The notes under the pieces were generated by a model. That model saw only the letters and a list, made by a program, of their open reading frames with translations. It was not told the origin of the DNA and searched no databases. From the IMG/VR virus record IMGVR_UViG_3300011339_000979, positions 1 through 38,083 of that record: a DNA stretch of 38,083 bases, one strand, 5' to 3'. Made by a program: the position numbers and the translations under genes. The stretch is from a virus. Lineage: Duplodnaviria > Caudoviricetes. Positions 6,102 to 13,948 of the stretch are shown in pieces. Every line of letters starts with the position of its first letter. Position 1 is the first letter of the stretch.

Positions 6102-8633
6102 TTACGCTTCTTGTAAATCAAACAACGTGGGTACTTTTTTTAGCGCCTCAGCTGTTTTAAGATAGTAAACAGCATCACGGAAGTATTCCGCATTTAATTC
6201 TGTACCAAATCCTTTCCGTTTCATTTGAACAGCAACATAAGGCACTGTACCAATACCTCCAAATGGATCAGCTACCAACTCCCCGGGATTAGAATAAAGC
6301 TCGATCAATCGCTCAACAACATCAAGTTGCAACGGACATACGTGCTGTTCTTTCTTTTGATTGGCTTGATGCAGATTTAGCGTTCGCATCCTGATAACAT
6401 CATCCCAAATTGCTTCACGTTGCAAATCCGACAAAGGAGGCGTTAAGAGGCTAAATACCTTAGGTAGTTTATTGGCTGCTGCTAATGCTTCCGCTACTTC
6501 AACGTGCTTTGCGTAGTCATATCCGCATTCGTTAAAAAAGTCTTTTACCATCTTCCGAACGTGCTTTAATCCCTTTTCGCTGTTTGCTATCTTGACCAGC
6601 TGATCCACGTTTAAAAGCCTATTTCCGCTGCTTCTCCACGTTGCGTCTGCATCAAGTTGCCACCGACCTAAGCCGTATTTATCGCGGTCGTGTGTAACGG
6701 GATCATCCGCGTACGCTTTACCCTTAAACGTTTGCGGCTTTCTGAACATTAAAACAAATTCCGGTGAGCCTGCTCCCATCTTTGTTGCATCCTTCACCAT
6801 TTCTCCATAGGTTAGTCGGTAGGTTTGGTTATTCTCGGCAACGACATCGGTCGGTATTATGTGCATACCTAAGTACTCAAAACCATGCTGCAAAAACGCA
6901 AAGGTTGTTTTCATGTGGAACGGATTAACCGTACTAAATCCGTTTCCGGTCTGGCTACCGTAAAAAATGCGATCCTTTACGTGAACTGCGCAAATTCGGC
7001 CCGGTTTGAGCGTTCTTAACAACTCGGGTATTAGGTAGTCCATTTGCGCAAAGAAGTGATTATCATCATCAGTGTGCCCAAAATCAAGGTAACTTGGTGT
7101 GTATTCGTAGTGATTTGAGAACGGAATACTTGTAACTTGCAAATCTTGGCAATTATCCGGCAATGTCCGATACTCCGTTACATTGTCATTATTAATAAAT
7201 GTCCAGTTTTCCCCGTTCGCCTCTTGACGGGCTACCGTTGCCGTTCTTGCCAACTGCTGAATCATTGACATCTGATTAAGACCATGCTCCGATACTATCT
7301 CCCTCATCTTTTGTTGCAGCTCCAAATGTTGCGCCCACTTCTTTTTAAGTTCGGTCACGATACCGCGCTCAATTTCGGTGTAAATGATATGTACCTGGAC
7401 TGTATTCTGCTGCAAAAATCGGTGTGTCCGGTGTATTGACTGAATAAAGTCGTTAAAGTCGTAATTAATGCCCAAAAATATATTTTGGTGGCAATGTCTT
7501 TGAAAGTTACAACCGGATCCAGATAACTCAGGCTTTGTGTTTAGTATCTTGATTTTACCATCCGCAAAATCAATAATTCGTTGCTCTCTTTTTTCAAGAT
7601 CCAAAGAGCCGTAAACAGAAACGCTTTCCGAGAACGCTTTTTCAATCGCGGCCCGTTCGCCTTCCAAGTGATGCCAAATTAACCAATTATTATCCGGCCC
7701 GTATTGCTCAAAAATCTGCTTTGCCTTTTCAAGTCGTTCGGTAATTGTTTCACGCTTTTCAGCTGCTGATTGTAGCAGACCTAAAGCCTCAGTTGCGAGT
7801 AGTTGGTATTGCCCTTGCTCATCTGTCTTACTTTGTGCTTTTGTGTGATCTGCTGGTATCTCATGCCATACCACGTCAAGTTCCGGCATATCATAGCCCG
7901 CATCGCTATATCCAAGATCGGAAGGCTTGTATATCAGCAACGCCCACGAACATAGCCAAAACCAAAATTCTCGTTCTTTGTGCGGATGGATGCGAAGGTC
8001 ACCGGCTTTTGTGGAATTGCGTTTAAAAAACCTGGTAAGCGCTTGGCCCCGATCCATAATGCCTAAAAAGTCAGCATAATTCAAAAGCTCTAAATATCGA
8101 TTGGGAGATGGTGTAGCGGTAAAAACAAACCGGTACTTTACACTTTCTACTTCGCGCCTAAATATGTCGGTTGTGTCGCTTCCGATGCTGCGAAGTGTGG
8201 AAGCCTCATCAAGTGAAACCGCAATAAAGTAGCCTGGCTTAATATCGCCCGTACGAATGCGCTCATAGTTGGTTATTATGTACTGACTTTCACACGCTTC
8301 AACCTCTTCCATATTTTTACAGTACACAATATTTACCCCCATGGCAGGCCCATCTTTTTGGGTAAACTCTTGACGTACGCCCAATGGAGTAGTAAATAAT
8401 ACTTTGCGGTCAGGATAACGCGCTGCGATGTGCCGCAAACATTCTATCGCAATCCTAGTTTTGCCAAGACCAAAAGATAAAAAACCAGCACGCCTACCCC
8501 CTTTAAGCAGCCAAAGTACCGCGTCTTGCTGATGAGGGAAAAGAGATGGGTGTAAATCCTCTCTATCAATGTCAAATCCAAAATAATCAGACTTGACTAC
8601 TTTTTTGGAAATAAACTCTTCGTAATTACTCAT
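6102..8633 (-). CDS. SNF2-like helicase fused to N4/N6 DNA methyltransferase
   Basis: GLGKT, LDEAS, TATPSPN, G.N.Q helicase motifs; TSIPF, H.CP, DPFGGIGT methylase motifs. Confidence 0.85.
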   Translation of the reverse strand: MSNYEEFISKKVVKSDYFGFDIDREDLHPSLFPHQQDAVLWLLKGGRRAGFLSFGLGKTRIAIECLRHIAARYPDRKVLFTTPLGVRQEFTQKDGPAMGVNIVYCKNMEEVEACESQYIITNYERIRTGDIKPGYFIAVSLDEASTLRSIGSDTTDIFRREVESVKYRFVFTATPSPNRYLELLNYADFLGIMDRGQALTRFFKRNSTKAGDLRIHPHKEREFWFWLCSWALLIYKPSDLGYSDAGYDMPELDVVWHEIPADHTKAQSKTDEQGQYQLLATEALGLLQSAAEKRETITERLEKAKQIFEQYGPDNNWLIWHHLEGERAAIEKAFSESVSVYGSLDLEKREQRIIDFADGKIKILNTKPELSGSGCNFQRHCHQNIFLGINYDFNDFIQSIHRTHRFLQQNTVQVHIIYTEIERGIVTELKKKWAQHLELQQKMREIVSEHGLNQMSMIQQLARTATVARQEANGENWTFINNDNVTEYRTLPDNCQDLQVTSIPFSNHYEYTPSYLDFGHTDDDNHFFAQMDYLIPELLRTLKPGRICAVHVKDRIFYGSQTGNGFSTVNPFHMKTTFAFLQHGFEYLGMHIIPTDVVAENNQTYRLTYGEMVKDATKMGAGSPEFVLMFRKPQTFKGKAYADDPVTHDRDKYGLGRWQLDADATWRSSGNRLLNVDQLVKIANSEKGLKHVRKMVKDFFNECGYDYAKHVEVAEALAAANKLPKVFSLLTPPLSDLQREAIWDDVIRMRTLNLHQANQKKEQHVCPLQLDVVERLIELYSNPGELVADPFGGIGTVPYVAVQMKRKGFGTELNAEYFRDAVYYLKTAEALKKVPTLFDLQEA

Positions 8634-8662
8634 AAAATTTTGTTTAAGGTGGTAAATATAGT

Positions 8663-9496
8663 TTAGTTGCGTCTATTACTTAATCCTGGCATCTCGATAC
8701 TTGTAACCATCTCGGATAACCGATCAAATGCCATTTCACTTAGGTTTTTTTTGGCTTCGTGTGGGCCGTAGTTGCTAACAAATCCAGACGGTTGTCCAAA
8801 TCCTTTAAAATAGGTATATCTGTTGGCGATAATCCACTCGGGTATGTGGATTTTGTTGCCGTAAACCTGAACCGGTGACATCTCCCTTAAAAACTCATCA
8901 AATACGCGATTTGTCGCCTTGTATCGTTCTAAGTTGTCTGGATTGTTTGTTACCGATGTGTGTATCAATGTCAAATCCTCATAGCTGGCCGCCTTACTCA
9001 ACTTCTCATTTTGCGCAAACTTGCATAGTATTTTAGTGATTTCTGTTTTAAACGTGCCCGGTTTCCCAAACAGCCAAAAACCTTTATAAAGAGGCAGGTC
9101 ACCGGTAGCGTCGTTGATATACCACTTTATCAAATTACGTATTGTTTGCGCTTGCTGGTCAGTGAAATCAATCTTAAAATCAGGATTTTGTTTTAGCGTG
9201 CAGAGTTCGGAGTGCCTACCTTTAAGCAGATTAAACACCTTCCTTCGCGCTTCATCGTACTCCATCTCCTGTTTGTATGTCGGGTACATTTTTTGCGGTT
9301 CAGCCTTGACAGAATTAAAAACCTTTGCGCTGTACTCCTTCACTTTTTCCGACTGCTCAGGCGTTAATACGTTATTGGTTTCTCGCTTTCGATTTGTGAG
9401 CGTTTTTCTCAAATCATCAAGAGAGCGCCCTCCGGCCATTCGACGTGCGTAATCATCGAGGCTTTCATTTTCAAAGATCTGATCCTGGCTCATCAT
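8663..9496 (-). CDS. DnaC/IstB-like P-loop ATPase (helicase loader)
   Basis: KG.WLFGKPGTFKT, FDE, SN, DRL.EM...I...G...R; lies downstream of the initiator. Confidence 0.65.
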   Translation of the reverse strand: MMSQDQIFENESLDDYARRMAGGRSLDDLRKTLTNRKRETNNVLTPEQSEKVKEYSAKVFNSVKAEPQKMYPTYKQEMEYDEARRKVFNLLKGRHSELCTLKQNPDFKIDFTDQQAQTIRNLIKWYINDATGDLPLYKGFWLFGKPGTFKTEITKILCKFAQNEKLSKAASYEDLTLIHTSVTNNPDNLERYKATNRVFDEFLREMSPVQVYGNKIHIPEWIIANRYTYFKGFGQPSGFVSNYGPHEAKKNLSEMAFDRLSEMVTSIEMPGLSNRRN

Positions 9497-9671
9497 AACG
9501 GCTGATTATTGTAAAGTTATTAGTTTCAAGCAATATGACACTTTTATCTATATCAATTAACCATAGCTTATTTCCATCTCTTGCAATTTTTACATTTTTA
9601 AATAATATATCGCTATATTGTGTTTTACATTCAGCTTTGTTTGTATTTGGATAGTAATAAATAATACTCAT
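9471..9671 (-). CDS. hypothetical protein
   Basis: 66-aa AT-rich ORF in operon. Confidence 0.5.
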   Translation of the reverse strand: MSIIYYYPNTNKAECKTQYSDILFKNVKIARDGNKLWLIDIDKSVILLETNNFTIISRYDEPGSDL

Positions 9672-9698
9672 AGTAAAAACGTTTAAGGGTGTATAAAT

Positions 9699-10109
9699 TT
9701 ATTTGTTCAAAATCTCTCTAATGCGCTCATCAGGCTTAAAATAGTTCGGCCCTTTCAGCACCTTTCCAATCGGATAAAGCCCGTTTAAAGGCGTATTAAA
9801 TCCGTTTAACAAAGGCTTTCCATCTTCGCCCAACTTGCTCATGTTGCTTTCGTGTACCGCGTCAAAAAGCTCTTGAATCCGATCCTGTAATCCATGCGCC
9901 ACGATCGTACCGCACAAAACATACAATTGATCTACAATCGCATCAACTTGACCTTCCAAGTCAGAACTCAATAAATACTCATCTAGCTCCTCCTTTGCAA
10001 GTCCGAATCGTAATTTTCGCGCTTCCATATCCAGCGCGGTCGGTGTGGTGTTATTGAAGTGACCGAACACTTCTTGAAATTGCTTAACAGCGTTTAGGTA
10101 ATGATCCAT
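9699..10109 (-). CDS. MazG-like nucleoside triphosphate pyrophosphohydrolase
   Basis: EELDEY...D...D.LYV..G...F..VH.SNMSK...DGKP...GKVLKGP.Y..P. Confidence 0.85.
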   Translation of the reverse strand: MDHYLNAVKQFQEVFGHFNNTTPTALDMEARKLRFGLAKEELDEYLLSSDLEGQVDAIVDQLYVLCGTIVAHGLQDRIQELFDAVHESNMSKLGEDGKPLLNGFNTPLNGLYPIGKVLKGPNYFKPDERIREILNK

Positions 10110-10119
10110 TTTTTATAGT

Positions 10120-11025
10120 TTAAAAGTGAAAGTGCGTTTTTTCTATTGCTTTAAAAATCTCTAAAGCTACTTGAGGTACTATTGCGTTGCCTCCTGCTTT
10201 AATTGTTTCATTTCTCCATTTAGAAAAGGTAATACTGTCCAATCGGAAGGAAAGCCCATCATTTCGAGAACAAATTGCGGGTTGAGTTGGGAACCCATCC
10301 CATTGTCTTGACCCCATTGACTTATAACCTCCCCCAAATTGCTTTTGCCTCTGTCCCGCAAGGCATGGCGAGAATCCTGGGTTTTTGGTGTCGGCAACAT
10401 TGCAAAAACCTGCGTTGCCAAATTCGGCATTATTGTGCCATTCGGGTACTTTTCCATTCTTTTTTTGAACTTCTCCAAATCCTGCGGCTCTTCGCGTGTC
10501 GTTGGAGTGAGCAACAAACCATACTCGCTCTCGTTTGTGCGGTGCATTGACACCCGCAGCTGGAAGAACGAAAACTGCGACCTCGTACCCTTGAGCCTCC
10601 AAGTCAGCGCGCACCTCGTCGAATACCAGTCCCCCGTTCCAACTAAATAGCCCGCTAACGTTTTCGCCCACAACGTAGGTCGGTTTAACCTCTGATATAA
10701 TTCTAAGCATTTCGGGCCACAAGTGGCGGTCATCATCTTTTCCAAGTCGTTTACCTGCAACGCTGTAGGGCTGGCAAGGGAAGCCCCCGGTGAGAACAAT
10801 GTCATCTGAACGCCATTCTTGTCCGTATCTTTTTGTAAGTTCGTCATTTATTAGTTGATAATTTAGCGTGTGAATATCGAGGTGGTGGTAAGCGTCTGGC
10901 CAGTAATACCCTAATACCTTGTTTCCAAAATCATTAATCTCACACGAAACAATATTTTTCCATCCCATCCATTCAGCAGCAAGGTCAAAACCGCCAATAC
11001 CGGAAAAAAGTGAAATGTGCAGCAT
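10120..11025 (-). CDS. DNA (cytosine-5) methyltransferase, large subunit
   Basis: Motifs I FSGIGG, IV GFPCQ, VI ENV, VIII RERVW, X GNAIVPQVA; motif IX not seen. Confidence 0.9.
   Translation of the reverse strand: MLHISLFSGIGGFDLAAEWMGWKNIVSCEINDFGNKVLGYYWPDAYHHLDIHTLNYQLINDELTKRYGQEWRSDDIVLTGGFPCQPYSVAGKRLGKDDDRHLWPEMLRIISEVKPTYVVGENVSGLFSWNGGLVFDEVRADLEAQGYEVAVFVLPAAGVNAPHKRERVWFVAHSNDTRRAAGFGEVQKKNGKVPEWHNNAEFGNAGFCNVADTKNPGFSPCLAGQRQKQFGGGYKSMGSRQWDGFPTQPAICSRNDGLSFRLDSITFSKWRNETIKAGGNAIVPQVALEIFKAIEKTHFHF
10179..10847 (-). CDS. nested out-of-frame C5-methyltransferase small subunit (M.EcoHK31I beta-like)
   Basis: 222 codons open in the +1 frame; LNPQFVLEMMGFPSDWT matches motif IX; A-rich context before ATG. 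Confidence 0.75.
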   Translation of the reverse strand: MTNLQKDTDKNGVQMTLFSPGASLASPTALQVNDLEKMMTATCGPKCLELYQRLNRPTLWAKTLAGYLVGTGDWYSTRCALTWRLKGTRSQFSFFQLRVSMHRTNESEYGLLLTPTTREEPQDLEKFKKRMEKYPNGTIMPNLATQVFAMLPTPKTQDSRHALRDRGKSNLGEVISQWGQDNGMGSQLNPQFVLEMMGFPSDWTVLPFLNGEMKQLKQEATQ

Positions 11026-11028
11026 ATC

Positions 11029-11910
11029 TTAAAAAGGTTGCGGCCCGTACTCTTCCGGGATCGGTTGATAATGCGTTTTACCGTTCTGTTGGCTTTTATC
11101 GCGCTTCAAAGGGAATAATCCAGTCCAAAGGTTCGCGATTGTCTGTTCCACTATTTCAAGCGAAGTACACCGGCTATCCTCGCTCAATCGTTTCAGCTGC
11201 TTTAATGCTATCCCCGCGCTTTTGACCGATGCGAACGGCTTTAACTTCATTTCCTTCCGGTAATCTATGTACATTTGAAACGCCTCTACCAAAGTCGAAT
11301 CTGTTTTGTATCCAATCTCATTCGCTGCGTCTTTTGCACTTATGGCAACTTTTTTTAATGCGTCGCCCCGGTGCGAATCATTCTCTTTTGGCTTTTGAGA
11401 TTTGTGTTTATTTTCTTGGGTTGGCTCGGAAAACTTTTTGTTTTCCTTATTATTACTAATAGATGTATAATTAGATGTACTAATAAATGTATAATCTAAG
11501 ATTGGCCCGTTTGGTTCAATGTCTTTAGCCTGTTTAGTATTTTCGATTGTACCATTTGGTACAATGGTATTAACTGAATAGGATTTTGCATCTATACCAA
11601 AAAAAGACAGCATTTCAGGGCTTAAAGTGTAGGATTTTGAACGGTCGTAACTGTTATCATTCTGAATTCTGCTAAATAAATGTCCATCATTTTCAAGATT
11701 GGAAATAATCCTTTTTAAAACCTTTGCAGTAAAATATGGATAGGTTTTTGTCAGTGCCTCTACGCTTCTTTTGACAAAAATACCTTCAATCGGCTTTTTT
11801 TCGTTTGCTGATTTTTCTTGCTGTAAAAAGTGAAAATGTTGGAGTATTACGGCTCCTTCTATTCCTACCTTGCAAGCTAATTCAACACTAAAACTGTGGT
11901 TCTGTGCCAT
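11029..11910 (-). CDS. replication initiator protein
   Basis: N-terminal winged-HTH, low-complexity linker, C-terminal F..Y..YRK......I.N.W.GLF; upstream of DnaC-like gene. Confidence 0.7.
   Translation of the reverse strand: MAQNHSFSVELACKVGIEGAVILQHFHFLQQEKSANEKKPIEGIFVKRSVEALTKTYPYFTAKVLKRIISNLENDGHLFSRIQNDNSYDRSKSYTLSPEMLSFFGIDAKSYSVNTIVPNGTIENTKQAKDIEPNGPILDYTFISTSNYTSISNNKENKKFSEPTQENKHKSQKPKENDSHRGDALKKVAISAKDAANEIGYKTDSTLVEAFQMYIDYRKEMKLKPFASVKSAGIALKQLKRLSEDSRCTSLEIVEQTIANLWTGLFPLKRDKSQQNGKTHYQPIPEEYGPQPF
11440..11566. other. candidate replication origin (iterons plus AT-rich tract)
   Basis: Three related ~21-bp units at 11501, 11524 and 11546 next to an AT-rich tract inside the initiator gene. 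Confidence 0.5.
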
Positions 11911-11913
11911 AAA

Positions 11914-12204
11914 TTAATTGATATTTTCAATGTTAATTGATAGGTGTAAGTATTGCACTTCATTATTTAGGATGGTGTATTCGACTTTTATGTAGTCATA
12001 ATTTTCCATTTTTTTTACCGATCGAATAACCTCTGATTGGCTTTCATTAAAAACTTGAGCTATTTTAGATACCTTAAATGTAGAAACACTGCCTTGCCTA
12101 CCCCAATAAAAAAAATAACCTAAAAGCAATTTTTCAAAGTAGTTTAAATATAAAACTTTTAATATCTCTTGTGGAAAAACTATGGGTGTAAAAATTTTTG
12201 ACAT
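11914..12204 (-). CDS. winged-HTH protein
   Basis: ATG 12204 (MSKIFTP...); KIAQVFNESQSEVIRSVKKME...YI pattern. Confidence 0.55.
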   Translation of the reverse strand: MSKIFTPIVFPQEILKVLYLNYFEKLLLGYFFYWGRQGSVSTFKVSKIAQVFNESQSEVIRSVKKMENYDYIKVEYTILNNEVQYLHLSINIENIN

Positions 12205-12213
12205 AATACAAAA

Positions 12214-12350
12214 TAAAAAATGCCTTCGGTCGCTGCTTCCCAACCCCGGCAAAGATTGGAAATAATGGAGTGCATACCTCACCCCGACAGCGCCCGAAGG
12301 CATATATAAATTCAGTATGTAAAAGGCTTGCCGGCCCTGTCCTAAGACTT
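12214..12350 (-). ncRNA. structured leader / C4-like antisense or attenuator RNA
   Basis: ATGCCTTCGG-GCGCTG...CAGCG-A-CCGAAGGCAT closing stem plus TTTTT; upstream segments complementary to the enclosed region. Confidence 0.5.
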
Positions 12351-12352
12351 TG

Positions 12353-12384
12353 CAAAGATAATCTTTTGCCCAAAATTCACCAAC
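12353..12384 (-). promoter_or_regulatory. Bacteroidota sigma-A-type promoter
   Basis: Minus strand GTTG-N20-TATCTTTG. Confidence 0.6.
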
Positions 12385-12385
12385 A

Positions 12386-12670
12386 TCACTCAGTGAAAAA
12401 TTTGTCAATACCGATATTTAAAGGCAGGTGTTCAATCCTGGCAATGTAAAGATTTGCCATCCGATCAACAAAACGGATACTAAACTGATCTGCTTCTTGC
12501 ATCTCTCGTTCTGCATACTTTTGGGCATCAGCCCAACGTTGCAAGTTTAAATTTGCATCGACAAAAGACGTGTAAACGTAGGTTTTTTGCTCTTCGCGGC
12601 CTGTTCTGTACATTGCCTTTATTGTGAGCTTGTATAAGTCGGTACTAACTTGTTTTGCGTTGCTTTGCAT
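12386..12670 (-). CDS. hypothetical protein
   Basis: 94-aa ORF; TAATTTTG element upstream (12699-12706). Confidence 0.65.
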   Translation of the reverse strand: MQSNAKQVSTDLYKLTIKAMYRTGREEQKTYVYTSFVDANLNLQRWADAQKYAEREMQEADQFSIRFVDRMANLYIARIEHLPLNIGIDKFFTE

Positions 12671-12743
12671 AGCTTGTTATTATGTAAATTATTGCGGCCA
12701 AAATTAGCAGCTTTTCAATAATGTGGAGCATAATATTTAATTT

Positions 12744-12769
12744 AAGGCCCGGATTTTACACCGGGCCTT
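12744..12769. terminator. intrinsic terminator-like hairpin
   Basis: AAGGCCCGG-N8-CCGGGCCTT right after the 12776 stop. Confidence 0.6.
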
Positions 12770-12775
12770 TATTAG

Positions 12776-13090
12776 TTAGGCAAATACATGTGTTAAACTT
12801 GTGCGCAATCCTGTAAAACGCTCAAATAAACCTCTTAAATCTTCTGCGTAGATGTCAGAATATTCTTTAACTACCTTAACGCTTGATCCATGTATTTTGG
12901 TAAAGGTAACGTTATAAAGATCGGATCCATTAAGCTCTACCGTAAGGTGATTGGCCGCTTTTACACCTGGAAATCTTAGGTAAAGCGAGTTGTTACCATG
13001 AGTCATGTTTTTAGCTCCTGTCATAACTACAAATTGTCTTCCACCTAATTGATTAAGGATTGTTGTTGCGATTTGTGCTGATGTGTTCAT
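12776..13090 (-). CDS. conserved hypothetical early phage protein
   Basis: IL.QLGG..F..MTGAK...D.Y.V.F...L...FE..TGL pattern recalled from phage proteins; has its own promoter and terminator. Confidence 0.7.
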   Translation of the reverse strand: MNTSAQIATTILNQLGGRQFVVMTGAKNMTHGNNSLYLRFPGVKAANHLTVELNGSDLYNVTFTKIHGSSVKVVKEYSDIYAEDLRGLFERFTGLRTSLTHVFA

Positions 13091-13130
13091 AATGCTAAAT
13101 TTAAAAATGTGATTGTTGTGAATTGTGAAG

Positions 13131-13162
13131 CAAAGGTAATTCTATCCTTCTTAAATATCAAA
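13131..13162 (-). promoter_or_regulatory. leftward early promoter
   Basis: Minus strand TTTG-N20-TACCTTTG. Confidence 0.75.
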
Positions 13163-13190
13163 ATTATTTTTACAATTTTTTAAAATTATT

Positions 13191-13219
13191 TTTGTAATTC
13201 AAAAAACAATGTACCTTTG
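13191..13219 (+). promoter_or_regulatory. rightward early promoter
   Basis: TTTG-N17-TACCTTTG upstream of ATG 13244. Confidence 0.7.
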
Positions 13220-13243
13220 TGGCTCACTCTTAAACGTTTATCT

Positions 13244-13948
13244 ATGCAATTAACACAAACAGAAATTAATACGCTTGCAAAGGCCGGTGTAATACCCGAG
13301 GGTACACCGCCTGCGATTGTGAGCGTATTTGCGCAAACGTGCAGACAACACAATTTAAGTCCCTTCAAAAAAGAGATCTACCTGGTAAAATACCGCGATC
13401 GGTATGCGACCATTGTAGGTATTGATGGACTAAGATCTAAAGCAGCCAGAACCGGCCAGCTTGCAGGATGCGATGACATTAAGTTCAATTTGTTGCCGGA
13501 TGGGAGCTACCAAACAGCGACGCAATTAAAGCAGGCAAACAAACTGCCACAAACAGCGACCGCAACCGTTTACCGCCTTATCTCCGGTATTAGATGCCCG
13601 TTCACACATACGGCCGTATTTGCTGAATTTTACCCTGCTGTTGCGGCTGGTCAAAAATCCTACACAAAAGCCGCTGAGATGCCTTTTCAGATGATTAGCA
13701 AGGTAGCGGAAGCATTTGCCCTAAAAAAGGGATTTAGCGACGAATTAAGCGGTTTGAGCATCGAGGAAGAGCAAGCCGCATACACTGGAGCAACGGTTGA
13801 GGCGGTCGGAGCCGGTGAGGATGTTTTTTTGGCTATTAATGCGGCTCAGACCATTGACGAACTGATTACGCTTTACAAATCTACTCCCAACGCTCAACGC
13901 TTTGCGGATGCTTTCACTAACAAGAAAAAAGAACTTACCAATGGATAA
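13244..13948 (+). CDS. Bet/RecT-family single-strand annealing protein
   Basis: C....L.PF.KEIYLVKY, GIDGLR..A.R.G, MP..M..K.AE..AL.K.F...LSGL...EE. Confidence 0.85.
   Translation: MQLTQTEINTLAKAGVIPEGTPPAIVSVFAQTCRQHNLSPFKKEIYLVKYRDRYATIVGIDGLRSKAARTGQLAGCDDIKFNLLPDGSYQTATQLKQANKLPQTATATVYRLISGIRCPFTHTAVFAEFYPAVAAGQKSYTKAAEMPFQMISKVAEAFALKKGFSDELSGLSIEEEQAAYTGATVEAVGAGEDVFLAINAAQTIDELITLYKSTPNAQRFADAFTNKKKELTNG

Noticed and set aside
12134-12408. ORF 12134..12373 and the N-terminal extension of ORF 11914..12408
   Set aside because: They overlap a promoter and a GC-rich structured leader; ATG 12204 has the better context
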